From positions 4,939 through 68,938 of the forward strand of contig JBAYLE010000001.1 in assembly GCA_041664225.1 (NCBI GenBank): a DNA stretch of 64,000 nt, read 5' to 3'. The stretch is from Parcubacteria group bacterium (GTDB lineage: Bacteria; Patescibacteriota; Minisyncoccia; Moranbacterales; UBA2206). Within the stretch, counting starts at the first letter, position 1, and every line of letters begins with the position of its first letter. Positions 19,513 through 30,452 of this stretch are shown in pieces. The notes below the pieces were generated by a model. That model searched no databases, had not been told where the DNA came from, and saw only the letters and a program-made list of their open reading frames with translations. Position numbers and translations under genes: made by a program.

Positions 19513-19541
19513 AGTATATATCAAAACGGGGAAGTTGTCAA
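19513..19541 (-). promoter_or_regulatory. Sigma70-type promoter
   Basis: TTGACA-N17-TATACT on minus strand. Confidence 0.75.
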
Positions 19542-19545
19542 GGCT

Positions 19546-19631
19546 CCTACAAAATTACAAATAAAGTACAAATATACAAATGTGAATTAAAAAATATTTG
19601 TAAATTTGTAAAAGATTTGTAGATTTGTAGG
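19546..19631. repeat. Symmetric inverted array, 4x TACAAA then 4x TTTGTA
   Basis: Unit spacings 8,11,8 on both arms; ends CCTACAAA/TTTGTAGG. Confidence 0.85.
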
Positions 19632-19660
19632 GATCTTAACTAAATTTATTTCACAATTCT

Positions 19661-21235
19661 ATGTCAAACAAGGATTACATTATCGACCAATTGAAAAAAC
19701 AAATTGAAGGCTTTGAGGCCAAGACGAAAACCGAAAAAGTCGGGGTCGTGTTGGAAGTGGGGGACGGCGTGGCGCGAATTTCGGGATTGTCGGACATTAT
19801 GGCTTCGGAGATGGTAGAGTTTATTCCATCACACGAAAAAGAAGCTAAGCCTCTCTCGACCGAAACGACCAAAAGAAGCTTAGCTTCTGAAAGCGTTTAC
19901 GGCGTTGCTCTTAACTTGGAAGAAGACAGAATTGGAGTCGTGGTTTTGGGCGACGACAAAGGCATCAAAGAAGGCGACACGGTCAAAGCCACAGGCAGAA
20001 TTCTTTCTGTGCCGGCCGGAGAGAATATGATCGGCCGAGTCATTGATCCGTTGGGACAAGCGATTGACGGCAAAGGCGAAATCAAGACGGAAAAATTTTA
20101 TCCGATTGAAAAAATCGCGCCGGGTGTTATTACCCGCCAATCAGTCAATCAGCCGGTGCAAACCGGCATCAAGGCCATTGACGCGGCGATTCCGATTGGA
20201 CGCGGGCAGCGCGAACTTATCATTGGCGATCGCCAGACTGGAAAAACCGCCGTGGCGATTGACACGATTATCAACCAAAGAGGCCAGGACATGATTTGCA
20301 TCTATGTTGCCATTGGCCAAAAAGAATCAAAAGTAGCGCGTATTGTGGCGGAACTTTCAAAAAGAGGCGCCATGGATTATACGATCGTGGTAGTGGCGGG
20401 TGCATCTGATCCAGCGGCGTTTTCCTATATCGCTCCGTATTCCGGTTGCGCGATTGGTGAATATTTTATGGATCAGGGCAAAGACGTATTGGTGATTTAT
20501 GATGATTTGTCCAAACACGCTTGGGCGTATCGCCAGATGTCGTTGATTTTGAAACGTCCGCCGGGACGCGAAGCCTATCCGGGAGATATTTTCTATCTGC
20601 ACTCACGTTTGCTTGAAAGAAGTGCGAAACTTAACAAGGATTTTGGCGGGGGATCACTCACAGCTCTCCCCATCATTGAAACACAAGCCGGTGATGTTTC
20701 GGCTTACATTCCGACTAATGTTATTTCCATCACCGATGGACAAATATATCTGGAAGCGGATTTATTTTACAAAGGTATCCGTCCGGCGTTGAATGTTGGA
20801 CTTTCAGTTTCCCGCGTAGGATCAGCCGCGCAGATCAAAGCGATGAAAAAAGTGGCGGGAAAATTACGTTTGGATTTGGCGCAGTTTCGGGAACTTGAAG
20901 CTTTCGCCCAATTTGGATCAGACCTTGATGAAAAAACCCGAATGCAAATTGAAAGAGGAAGGCGAACAGTAGAAATTCTGAAACAAGACCAATATTCACC
21001 GATGGCGGTCGAAAACCAAGTAGCGATTCTTTATGCTTTGACTCAAGGATTTATGGATGACGTGGCGGTGGAAAAAGTGAAAGCTTGGGAAAATGATTTT
21101 CAAAAATTCATGAAGACAGAAGGAAAAGTTGCACTGGCGGCTATCGCGGAAAAGAAAGAGTTGTCTGATGATGTGGTCGCAAAATTGGAAAAAGCTATCA
21201 AAGAGTTTAAAGAAATTTACCAAAACGGGAACTAA
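19661..21235 (+). CDS. atpA: ATP synthase F1 subunit alpha
   Basis: [35 protein letters not shown]. Confidence 0.98.
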   Translation: MSNKDYIIDQLKKQIEGFEAKTKTEKVGVVLEVGDGVARISGLSDIMASEMVEFIPSHEKEAKPLSTETTKRSLASESVYGVALNLEEDRIGVVVLGDDKGIKEGDTVKATGRILSVPAGENMIGRVIDPLGQAIDGKGEIKTEKFYPIEKIAPGVITRQSVNQPVQTGIKAIDAAIPIGRGQRELIIGDRQTGKTAVAIDTIINQRGQDMICIYVAIGQKESKVARIVAELSKRGAMDYTIVVVAGASDPAAFSYIAPYSGCAIGEYFMDQGKDVLVIYDDLSKHAWAYRQMSLILKRPPGREAYPGDIFYLHSRLLERSAKLNKDFGGGSLTALPIIETQAGDVSAYIPTNVISITDGQIYLEADLFYKGIRPALNVGLSVSRVGSAAQIKAMKKVAGKLRLDLAQFRELEAFAQFGSDLDEKTRMQIERGRRTVEILKQDQYSPMAVENQVAILYALTQGFMDDVAVEKVKAWENDFQKFMKTEGKVALAAIAEKKELSDDVVAKLEKAIKEFKEIYQNGN

Positions 21236-21241
21236 AAGATT

Positions 21242-22201
21242 ATGGCTTCAAGCAAAGACATTAGGCGTCGAATAAAATCGATCAATAACACCAAAAAAAT
21301 AACCCGCGCGATGGAGATGGTTAGTGCTGCCAAAATGAGAAAAGCAGTAAATTCAGTGTTGGCAATCCGAGCTTATGCTCACAGCGCTTGGAGCGTGCTC
21401 ACCAATCTTGCTCGCGCTTTTTCTGAATACAACGTCGGGCTCTTAGAGAGGCGTCCAGTGAAGGCGGTGCTGATGGTTGTTGTCACATCCAACAAAGGAC
21501 TTTGCGGATCTTTCAATTCAAATATTTCCAAAAAGATTGTTGATCAGATAAAAAATCCGGCTAATTTGAAAATCAACCGGATTGGAAACAAAAGAATAGA
21601 ATCTCCAGTAACCGATGGCGAATTGAAAATTGATTTTATAACCATCGGTAAGAAAGGTGAAGCGTTGGTGCGAAAGCTCGGAAAAAATATTGTAGCTAGT
21701 TTTCCGGAGCTCACATATCTGCCTGGCATTGAAAGCGTGAGAGCCTTGGGTAAAATTGTGATGGATGAATACCTCGCGAAAAAATATGACAAGGTTGTAA
21801 TTGTTTATACTGATTATATTTCCACCATCAACCAGCAGACAAAAATTAGACAGCTTTTGCCGGTTTCAAAAATTGATCTCGAAAAACAAATCGCGGAAAT
21901 GGATCAGATGGCCAAAGAATATGGACTTACTCAGCCGAAAGTGGAATACAAAATTGAACCGAGTCCGGAAATTGTGATTACGCATATTCTGCCGAGACTA
22001 TTGGAAATGCAAGTGTATCACGCGATTTTGGAATCAAACGCGTCCAAGGAATCCGCGCGCATGATTGCGATGCGGAACGCGACCGACGCGGCCGGAGAAA
22101 TGTCAGACGAATTAACATTTGTATATAATCAGTTGCGGCAGATGAAGATCACGCAGGAGATTGCGGAGATTTCGGCTGGAAGGGCGGCGTTGGAAGGATA
22201 G
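21242..22201 (+). CDS. atpG: ATP synthase F1 subunit gamma
   Basis: KITRAMEMVSAAK, KGLCGSFN, RMIAMRNATD, ITQEIAEI. Confidence 0.97.
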   Translation: MASSKDIRRRIKSINNTKKITRAMEMVSAAKMRKAVNSVLAIRAYAHSAWSVLTNLARAFSEYNVGLLERRPVKAVLMVVVTSNKGLCGSFNSNISKKIVDQIKNPANLKINRIGNKRIESPVTDGELKIDFITIGKKGEALVRKLGKNIVASFPELTYLPGIESVRALGKIVMDEYLAKKYDKVVIVYTDYISTINQQTKIRQLLPVSKIDLEKQIAEMDQMAKEYGLTQPKVEYKIEPSPEIVITHILPRLLEMQVYHAILESNASKESARMIAMRNATDAAGEMSDELTFVYNQLRQMKITQEIAEISAGRAALEG

Positions 22202-22261
22202 TTTTTTAAAAAAAATGCTGGGAATCAATAGACGCCCAGCGAGAGTCCGGAGTCTGATAGG

Positions 22262-22504
22262 CTAATGGCCGTCATCAGTTGCGAACTTCTTAATGTGTGT
22301 TAGTTTGAAAACCCTCATCATGGTATTGTGTGACAGCTGTTCCTTGGTTTCTTTTTTAATTCTCCCAAGGCTCTCCTTGTCAACATATATTATTTCGATA
22401 GGAGCATCCTTATCATCATTGCTTCTAATCTCGATAATATGTGTTGCTGAGCGTGGCAAGCACTCATATCTAATCCCATTCCATTGTACGCTTAACCAAA
22501 CCAT
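22262..22504 (-). CDS. 80-aa orphan protein, antisense within the atp operon
   Basis: AAGGAGGTG RBS 7 nt before ATG 22504; own promoter; GCTGGG/CCCAGC hairpin plus T tract on minus strand near 22208-22240. Confidence 0.7.
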   Translation of the reverse strand: MVWLSVQWNGIRYECLPRSATHIIEIRSNDDKDAPIEIIYVDKESLGRIKKETKEQLSHNTMMRVFKLTHIKKFATDDGH

Positions 22505-22566
22505 CCTTATCCACCTCCTTTGTTTATCCTTGTTATCGCAAAATGTAGGATTTTTACTAACTCTCA

Positions 22567-22595
22567 ATTATACTCCAAACCATCCCAAAAGTCAA
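22567..22595 (-). promoter_or_regulatory. Sigma70-type promoter
   Basis: TTGACT-N17-TATAAT on minus strand. Confidence 0.75.
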
Positions 22596-22644
22596 GCGTT
22601 GAGTTGTGATCAGTAAATATTGCCTAAATTAAGCCAATATTTAG

Positions 22645-24099
<1,455 letters not shown>

Positions 24100-24130
24100 A
24101 TAAAATAATCAAATTAATTTATTAAAAGGT

Positions 24131-24586
24131 ATGATAAATTTATTTCTTGAAACCATATCTGCGGTTGTAGAGAATCTAGAACCTATATTAGTTTTACTAC
24201 TGCCAGTGTTGGTTATTGCGCTTGTATTTTTTTCATTCATTTCTAATTATTTGATTAATAAAATTACAAAGAATATATACAAAAATAATTTTTTATTTGA
24301 TTATTTAGCATGTATCATTTTCCTTGCTGTACTCGTAATTTTTAATAGTATACTGATTATTGTCGCAACTGATGATAATTTAAAAATTTCTTCGGTAATT
24401 ATTATACCAATCGTTTCTGCAATTATTTATTTAATTTTTAAATATTATATTTTAGTAAAAATTGGCAAAAAGACATTTTTAGATATGGCGATTAGCGCAC
24501 TGTTTGATTTCATAGCCATAGCAGCTGGCATTTATATTATAGGATTAATTTTTGATGCAGGAATGTCAGCGGGTGGTTTTGCTTAA
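24131..24586 (+). CDS. Very AT-rich 4-TM hypothetical membrane protein between atpD and atpC
   Basis: Hydrophobic ORF with visibly lower GC than the flanking atp genes. Confidence 0.7.
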   Translation: MINLFLETISAVVENLEPILVLLLPVLVIALVFFSFISNYLINKITKNIYKNNFLFDYLACIIFLAVLVIFNSILIIVATDDNLKISSVIIIPIVSAIIYLIFKYYILVKIGKKTFLDMAISALFDFIAIAAGIYIIGLIFDAGMSAGGFA

Positions 24587-24593
24587 AAAATTT

Positions 24594-25040
24594 ATGGCAA
24601 ACATGAAAATTAATTTCAAAATTGTTACACCGGAAAAAACTGTTTTTGAGTCTGAAATTGATCAGGCGACTTTGCCAGTGGCGGACGGGGAAGTGACAAT
24701 TCTGCCGAATCATCGAAGTTATATCGCCGCGCTCAAAGCCGGAGAAATTTGCCTCAAAAAAGACGGCGAAGAAATTATTATGGCTACTTCTGGAGGATTT
24801 ATTGAATTTCATGACAATAGTTTGGTGGTGTTGGCTGACACAGCCGAACGCGCGGAAGAAATTGATTTGAAACGCGCGGAGGAGGCTAAAGTCAGAGCTG
24901 AAGAAGCGATGAAACAGAAAGAAAGCATGGACAACGCGGAATATGCGCGCGTGGCCGCGGCGATTGAAAAAGAAATGGCGCGCCTACGAGTAGGCAAAAA
25001 ACATCGCACAAAAAAGGGAATCAACATAAACAATGAATAA
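24594..25040 (+). CDS. atpC: ATP synthase F1 subunit epsilon
   Basis: IVTPEK, GEVTILPNH, SGGFIE, LADTAERAEEID. Confidence 0.95.
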   Translation: MANMKINFKIVTPEKTVFESEIDQATLPVADGEVTILPNHRSYIAALKAGEICLKKDGEEIIMATSGGFIEFHDNSLVVLADTAERAEEIDLKRAEEAKVRAEEAMKQKESMDNAEYARVAAAIEKEMARLRVGKKHRTKKGININNE

Positions 25041-25058
25041 TTAATGCCGCTATGGAAA

Positions 25059-26084
25059 ATGGAAAATAAAATAAAATCACTCATTGATCTCAATAAAAAA
25101 CACTCAGAATTTTTTTGCAGCCAGAGATTGGAACGTGAATTGTATTTAGCTAAGCATCCGACAAAGGTTGTGGCCTTTAAATGTATGGATGGGCGGATCC
25201 ATATGCCCGCAGTAACACACACTCCCTTGGGAATAATCCGTCCTTACAGAAATATTGGTGGAAAATTTGATCTGGGCTGGCCACTTTTGAATAATTCTTT
25301 TGACAATCTGGTTATGAGCGCAGTTTTCAAAGGCAATCGGGTTTTGGTTTTGGTAACCTATCATTATTCTGAGGGTGACACTCATCAAGGTTGCGCCGGA
25401 TTTCAATATGATTGTGAGGCAGCCAAAGAGTTTACCGACAATTTCAAAAAACAAATCCAGAGAGTTTATGGAGAATCAAACCGGGTAGTTTGTCCGGTTT
25501 TGGTGGGGCTGGAAACTGATAAGGACACCCTGATCCTACATGGCGAAAACGGGGAAGTGTTAGATTTATCTAAAGTTGAAAATAAAGAGGAGGAAAATCT
25601 CAAAGAAAAATTAAGGAACCTGTATCCTAAAATGCCGGGTAGAGTTCTTCTTGATTTTTTGCCTCTGGTTCAGGGGAATATTGAGCACATCGCAGAAATG
25701 AAAGGCAAAAAACCCATAACCCAGCTTCAGCATGGTGAATGGATTTTGGCGGTGGGCAAGGGATTTGACTGGCTGCACACTCCGAATATGGCGTTGATTG
25801 TCGGACCGTATGATCCGAATATCGGCGAACCGATCAAGACCGCGGCCGGCATAATAAAATCGAATATGGATGCTGGCAGAATCGATAAGGGTTTTGTGGT
25901 TTTGTCTTCCGCAGTTTATGCCGATCCGGCTGAAGCAGTACGCAGTAAGGAACGAGCCATGTATTTGGGCAGGCTTACCAGAGAGATTATTGAAAAAAAT
26001 TTCCCAGAAATAGTTAGCTTGATGAATACTCTTACCGTGACGGTAGACGTGAACACGATGAAAATGGAAATCGTAGAACAATGA
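25059..26084 (+). CDS. Beta-class carbonic anhydrase, CsoSCA-like
   Basis: KCMDGR (CxDxR) and HYS..DTHQGCAG zinc-ligand motifs; later HGEWILAVGKGFDWL segment resembles CsoSCA. Confidence 0.7.
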   Translation: MENKIKSLIDLNKKHSEFFCSQRLERELYLAKHPTKVVAFKCMDGRIHMPAVTHTPLGIIRPYRNIGGKFDLGWPLLNNSFDNLVMSAVFKGNRVLVLVTYHYSEGDTHQGCAGFQYDCEAAKEFTDNFKKQIQRVYGESNRVVCPVLVGLETDKDTLILHGENGEVLDLSKVENKEEENLKEKLRNLYPKMPGRVLLDFLPLVQGNIEHIAEMKGKKPITQLQHGEWILAVGKGFDWLHTPNMALIVGPYDPNIGEPIKTAAGIIKSNMDAGRIDKGFVVLSSAVYADPAEAVRSKERAMYLGRLTREIIEKNFPEIVSLMNTLTVTVDVNTMKMEIVEQ

Positions 26085-26180
26085 ACAATTCGATCAATTT
26101 TGATATATGGCTGCAAGTTCATGTTCTTTGAACTTATTTTTTTTATGCTATAATAAAGGCATAAATTTTAAGTCATAAAT

Positions 26181-27128
26181 ATGGAGCAAAATATACCTAC
26201 TCCAGGCGGGAACAATCGAAAAATAATTTTTATTGTCGTTGGAGTTCTGGTTTTGGCGTTGGCAGTACTAACGGTTTTGAAAAACATGGGCCAAAGCGGG
26301 ACCTCTAGTCTTCCAAGCGGGTCGCTGTCGGGGAATAGCGTGTCTTTTGACAGTCCGGCTCCGAGCATGAAAAGTTCAGGCATGGCCGTCCAAAGAGAAA
26401 CAGCAGCGCCGGTTGCGACAGATGAAAGCGCCGCGGAGATTACGGACAAAAAAATTATCAAAAATGGAAATTTGAGTCTGAAAGTCAACAGCGTTGATGA
26501 CGCAAGCCGCAGAATTTCTGATATCACGAAAACCAATGGCGGAGAAGTTTCTTCGTCCAATTTTTATCAGACGGCAAAAAATGTTAAAAGCGGGACAATC
26601 ACAGTGAAGGTTCCGGTGGCTAATTTTGAAAAAGCTTTCGCGGATTTGAAAAAAGTTGCGACGCTGGTTGTCCAGGAATCAACAACTGGCCAGGATGTGA
26701 CGGAACAATACACAGATTTGCAGGCGCAACTTCGCAATAAGCAAGCGGAAGAACAGTCATTCGCGAAAATTTTGGAGCGATCCGGCACGATTGATGAAAT
26801 TTTGAAAGTAACGCGCGAACTCTCGCGCGTGCGGGGAGAAATCGAAAGACTACAAGGAAGGATTAAATTTATGGATTTGCAGACGGACATGTCAAGCATC
26901 ACGGTAAGTTTGTCGGAAGATGAAAGTATAACTTTTGCCGATTCTTGGCGTCCGTGGCAAGTGGTCAAGGAAACTTTCAATTCGCTGGTAAAAGATGTCC
27001 AGAAATTCATCAATTTTCTGATCGTACTGATTATTCAGGTCATTCCGGTGCTGGTGCTGTATCTTCTGATTTTCTATGTAATTTATAGGATTGGGAAGAA
27101 GGTTTATTTGAAGGTTAAAAACAGATAG
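26181..27128 (+). CDS. DUF4349 domain membrane protein
   Basis: KIIKNG.LSL.V, QDVTEQYTDLQAQL, EIERLQGR, C-terminal TM. Confidence 0.85.
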   Translation: MEQNIPTPGGNNRKIIFIVVGVLVLALAVLTVLKNMGQSGTSSLPSGSLSGNSVSFDSPAPSMKSSGMAVQRETAAPVATDESAAEITDKKIIKNGNLSLKVNSVDDASRRISDITKTNGGEVSSSNFYQTAKNVKSGTITVKVPVANFEKAFADLKKVATLVVQESTTGQDVTEQYTDLQAQLRNKQAEEQSFAKILERSGTIDEILKVTRELSRVRGEIERLQGRIKFMDLQTDMSSITVSLSEDESITFADSWRPWQVVKETFNSLVKDVQKFINFLIVLIIQVIPVLVLYLLIFYVIYRIGKKVYLKVKNR

Positions 27129-27134
27129 TTTGTC

Positions 27135-27301
27135 CTTACTTTTTCTTTCCGCAAGAAAAAGTAACAAAAAGAACTCTCAGCCGGACAAAATTTCCGACAA
27201 AATTTTTCACTTGCTCGCTAAAATTTATAGGCTCGTGGCGAGCCGGGATAAATTTTTTAACGCTCGCTCCGTTCAAATTTTGGGGAAATTTTGTGGGCTG
27301 A
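27135..27301 (+). repeat. Structured ~170-nt repeat element, copy A1
   Basis: Colinear motifs and stems shared with 27364-27534 (inverted) and 52083-52256. Confidence 0.8.
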
Positions 27302-27363
27302 ATAATCCTTTTGTTTCTTTAAAAACGCACTTCGCTATGTGCGGTTTTTTATTTTAAAAATTA

Positions 27364-27534
27364 CCGCCGTAACGAAAAAAATGCAGGAAATTGAGTGGAG
27401 CGAACGTTAAGAAATTTTTAGGTCCGCCTCGGGGCAACCAAAAATTTTAGTGAGCGCAGTACTAATTTCCCATTTTTTAGTCTGGCGGCCGCTTTCTTTT
27501 CCGCCACTTTTCTTTTCGGCAAAAGAAAAGTGGC
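27364..27534 (-). repeat. Structured ~170-nt repeat element, copy A2 (inverted)
   Basis: Reverse complement reads CCACTTTTCTTT..AAAGAAAAGTGG..GCTCACTAAAATTT..CCGAGGCGGA..AAATTTCTTAACGTTCGCTCC. Confidence 0.75.
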
Positions 27535-27599
27535 AAATCAGTAATCTACTTGAAAATTAGGTAGAAATGGGGTAAAGTAGGGGAGTAAAAGAAAACTTT

Positions 27600-30449
27600 A
27601 TGGAAAACTACGATCCGAAGCTTATTGAGCCAAAATGGCAGGAATTTTGGCTTAAAGAAGGCATTTATAAAAACTACGAGAAATCTAAGAAGTTCTATGC
27701 TCTGGATATGTTTCCGTATATTTCCGGTTCGGGTATTCATGTAGGGCATCCAAAAGGGTATATTGCGACCGATGTGGTGTCGAGGTTCAAGATGCTTCAA
27801 GGATACAGCGTGCTTCATCCGATGGGCTGGGACGCTTTTGGGCTGCCAGCAGAAAATTATGCCATTAAAAATAAGATCAATCCCAACATTTTTGTGAAGG
27901 AAAATATTATCAGGTTCAAAAAACAGCTGGAGATGTTTGGCTTCACTTACGATTGGGACAGGGAATTCAGCACAACTGATCCGAATTACTATAAATGGAC
28001 GCAATGGATATTTCTGAAATTATTCGAGAAAGGTTTGGCGTATGAGTCCAATGAGCCGGTTAACTGGTGTTCGAGTTGCAAAACTGTATTGGCCAATGAA
28101 GATTTGGAGAAAGGATTGTGCGAGCGCTGCGGCACGCAAGTGGTGCAGAAAAAAATGAGGCAATGGGTTCTTAAAATGACTGATTACGCCGATCGCCTGC
28201 TTTATGATCTGGATACGGAGGGTCTCGATTGGGAGGAACAAATTCTTGAGCAACAAAGAAATTGGATCGGAAGAAGCGAAGGAGCGGAAATAGAATTCCA
28301 AATTTCAAATTCAGAATTTAAAATTAAAGTTTATACAACCAGAGTCGATACTATTTTCGGCTGCACTTATTGCGTTATCGCGCCGGAACACGAAACAGTC
28401 CAAAAGCTGAAAAATAAAATAGAAAACTGGGATGAGGTTGAAAAATATTTAATCGAATCACAAAACAAAACAGAATTGGAAAGAATGGAATTGAAAGACA
28501 AGACGGGGGTCGAACTAAAGGGAATCAAGCTTATTAATCCATTCAACGGAGAATCAGTTCCATTGTTTGCTGCGGATTATGTTTTAGCGCACTATGGAAC
28601 CGGCGCGGTGATGGCTGTGCCGGCGCACGATGAAAGAGATTTTGAATTCGCGAAGAAATATAATTTACCGATTAAAAATGTTATCGGGCCATGTTTTTGT
28701 CAGCAAACTGAACCAGGCAAAATCAAAGAGAAAGAGCCATTTGAAGAGAGAGATGCTGTGCTAGCGATTGTTAAACATCAGGATAAAGATGAATATTTGG
28801 GGCTAAAATGGAAACAAGTGGATTGGAAAACTTTCATAACTGGTGGTCCAGAAGAAGGTCAAACTGCCGAAGAAGCAGCCAGGATGGAGGTTCTTGAGGA
28901 AACCGGATATAAGAACTTGAAATTGATCAAAGAATTGCCGATGGTGCATAGTAAATTTTATCATGTGCCGAAGAAATTAAATCGGCTTGCTCATTTTCGT
29001 GTTTTTTACTTTGAGTTGGAAAATGACGAGCATCAGGAAATTTCAGAAATTGATAAGAAAAGGCATGAAGTCGTTTGGGTGACGAAGGAAAAAGTGGAAA
29101 CTTTTTTAACGCCGGAATCACAAATATATACCTGGCAGACATTACTGGGAAAAGAAAAACCGTATGTTGACGATGGTGTCTTAGCAAATTCTGACAAATA
29201 TTCCAGCATGACCTCCGAGGAAGCACGTGAAAAAATGACCGAGTGGCTGGAAAAAGAAAAAATTGGCGAGAAAAAAATAAATTACAAAATGCGCGACTGG
29301 GTTTTTTCGCGCCAACGTTATTGGGGTGAGCCGATTCCGATCGTGCATTGCGAAAAATGCGGAGCGGTTGCGATTTCGGAAAAAGAATTGCCGTTAAAAT
29401 TGCCCGAAGTCGAAAATTATGAGCCGACCGGAACCGAAGAGGGTCCATTGGCCAACATAACTGAGTGGGTAAATACGACTTGCCCAAAATGCGGCGGACC
29501 GGGGAAGCGTGAAACAAACACGATGCCGCAATGGGCGGGATCCAGCTGGTATTATCTTCGCTATATTGATCCAAAAAATAATGAAGCCCTGGTTGAAAAA
29601 AATAAAGAAAAAGATTGGATGCCAGTGGATCTTTATGTCGGTGGTGCAGAACACGCCACTCGTCATTTGCTGTATGCCAGATTTTGGCACAAATTTCTGT
29701 ATGATATCAAAGTTGTTTCTACGAAGGAGCCCTTCAAAAAACTGGTTCACGTCGGACTGGTTGATGGAGAAGACGGCAGAAAAATGAGTAAGCGCTGGGG
29801 GAACGTAGTAAATCCTGATGATGTTATAAATGAATTTGGGGTTGATTCGTTGCGTCTTTATGAAATGTTTATGGGGCCTTTCAGTCAGAATATTGCCTGG
29901 AGCACGGATGGCGTAAAAGGAGTGAGAAGGTTTTTGGAAAAAGTTTGGAAGTTACAAAAAAAAGTTATTGATCAAGTTGTAGAAAATAAAAAACTTGAAT
30001 CACTGTTGCATAAAACTATCAAGAAAGTCACGGAGGATATAAAAAATTTTCGTTTCAATACTGCCATTAGCGCGATGATGATTCTGGTAAATGAATTAGA
30101 AAAAGGGAAAAATATTTTAAGCACCAATTACAAATTGCTAATCACTATTTTGAGTCCTTTTGCTCCACACATTGCTGAAGAACTTTGGGAAAAGTTGGGG
30201 CATAAAGATAGCATATTTTTGCAATCTTGGCCAGAGTATGATCCGGAACTAATCAGAGATGAAAAAATAACGTTGGTCTTGCAAATAAATGGCAAAGTGC
30301 GTGATTCAATCGAAGTGGATGCTGGGATTTCAGAAAAGGAGGCAAAAGAGCTGGCGATGCAAAGCGAAAAAATAAAAACTTGGGTTTCAGGCAAAGAAAT
30401 CAAAAAAGTTATTTTTGTCAAAGGCAAACTTATAAATATTGTCATCTAA
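27600..30449 (+). CDS. leuS: Leucyl-tRNA synthetase with inserted Nudix domain
   Basis: DMFPY..G.HVGH, PMGWDAFGLPAEN, GTGAVMAVPAHD, DWVFSRQRYWGEP, KMSKR. Confidence 0.97.
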   Translation: MENYDPKLIEPKWQEFWLKEGIYKNYEKSKKFYALDMFPYISGSGIHVGHPKGYIATDVVSRFKMLQGYSVLHPMGWDAFGLPAENYAIKNKINPNIFVKENIIRFKKQLEMFGFTYDWDREFSTTDPNYYKWTQWIFLKLFEKGLAYESNEPVNWCSSCKTVLANEDLEKGLCERCGTQVVQKKMRQWVLKMTDYADRLLYDLDTEGLDWEEQILEQQRNWIGRSEGAEIEFQISNSEFKIKVYTTRVDTIFGCTYCVIAPEHETVQKLKNKIENWDEVEKYLIESQNKTELERMELKDKTGVELKGIKLINPFNGESVPLFAADYVLAHYGTGAVMAVPAHDERDFEFAKKYNLPIKNVIGPCFCQQTEPGKIKEKEPFEERDAVLAIVKHQDKDEYLGLKWKQVDWKTFITGGPEEGQTAEEAARMEVLEETGYKNLKLIKELPMVHSKFYHVPKKLNRLAHFRVFYFELENDEHQEISEIDKKRHEVVWVTKEKVETFLTPESQIYTWQTLLGKEKPYVDDGVLANSDKYSSMTSEEAREKMTEWLEKEKIGEKKINYKMRDWVFSRQRYWGEPIPIVHCEKCGAVAISEKELPLKLPEVENYEPTGTEEGPLANITEWVNTTCPKCGGPGKRETNTMPQWAGSSWYYLRYIDPKNNEALVEKNKEKDWMPVDLYVGGAEHATRHLLYARFWHKFLYDIKVVSTKEPFKKLVHVGLVDGEDGRKMSKRWGNVVNPDDVINEFGVDSLRLYEMFMGPFSQNIAWSTDGVKGVRRFLEKVWKLQKKVIDQVVENKKLESLLHKTIKKVTEDIKNFRFNTAISAMMILVNELEKGKNILSTNYKLLITILSPFAPHIAEELWEKLGHKDSIFLQSWPEYDPELIRDEKITLVLQINGKVRDSIEVDAGISEKEAKELAMQSEKIKTWVSGKEIKKVIFVKGKLINIVI

Positions 30450-30452
30450 AAA

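Noticed and set aside
27130-27357. 75-aa ORF after the DUF4349 gene; also 12761-12964
   Set aside because: They are translations of structured repeat or terminator DNA, not credible proteins.
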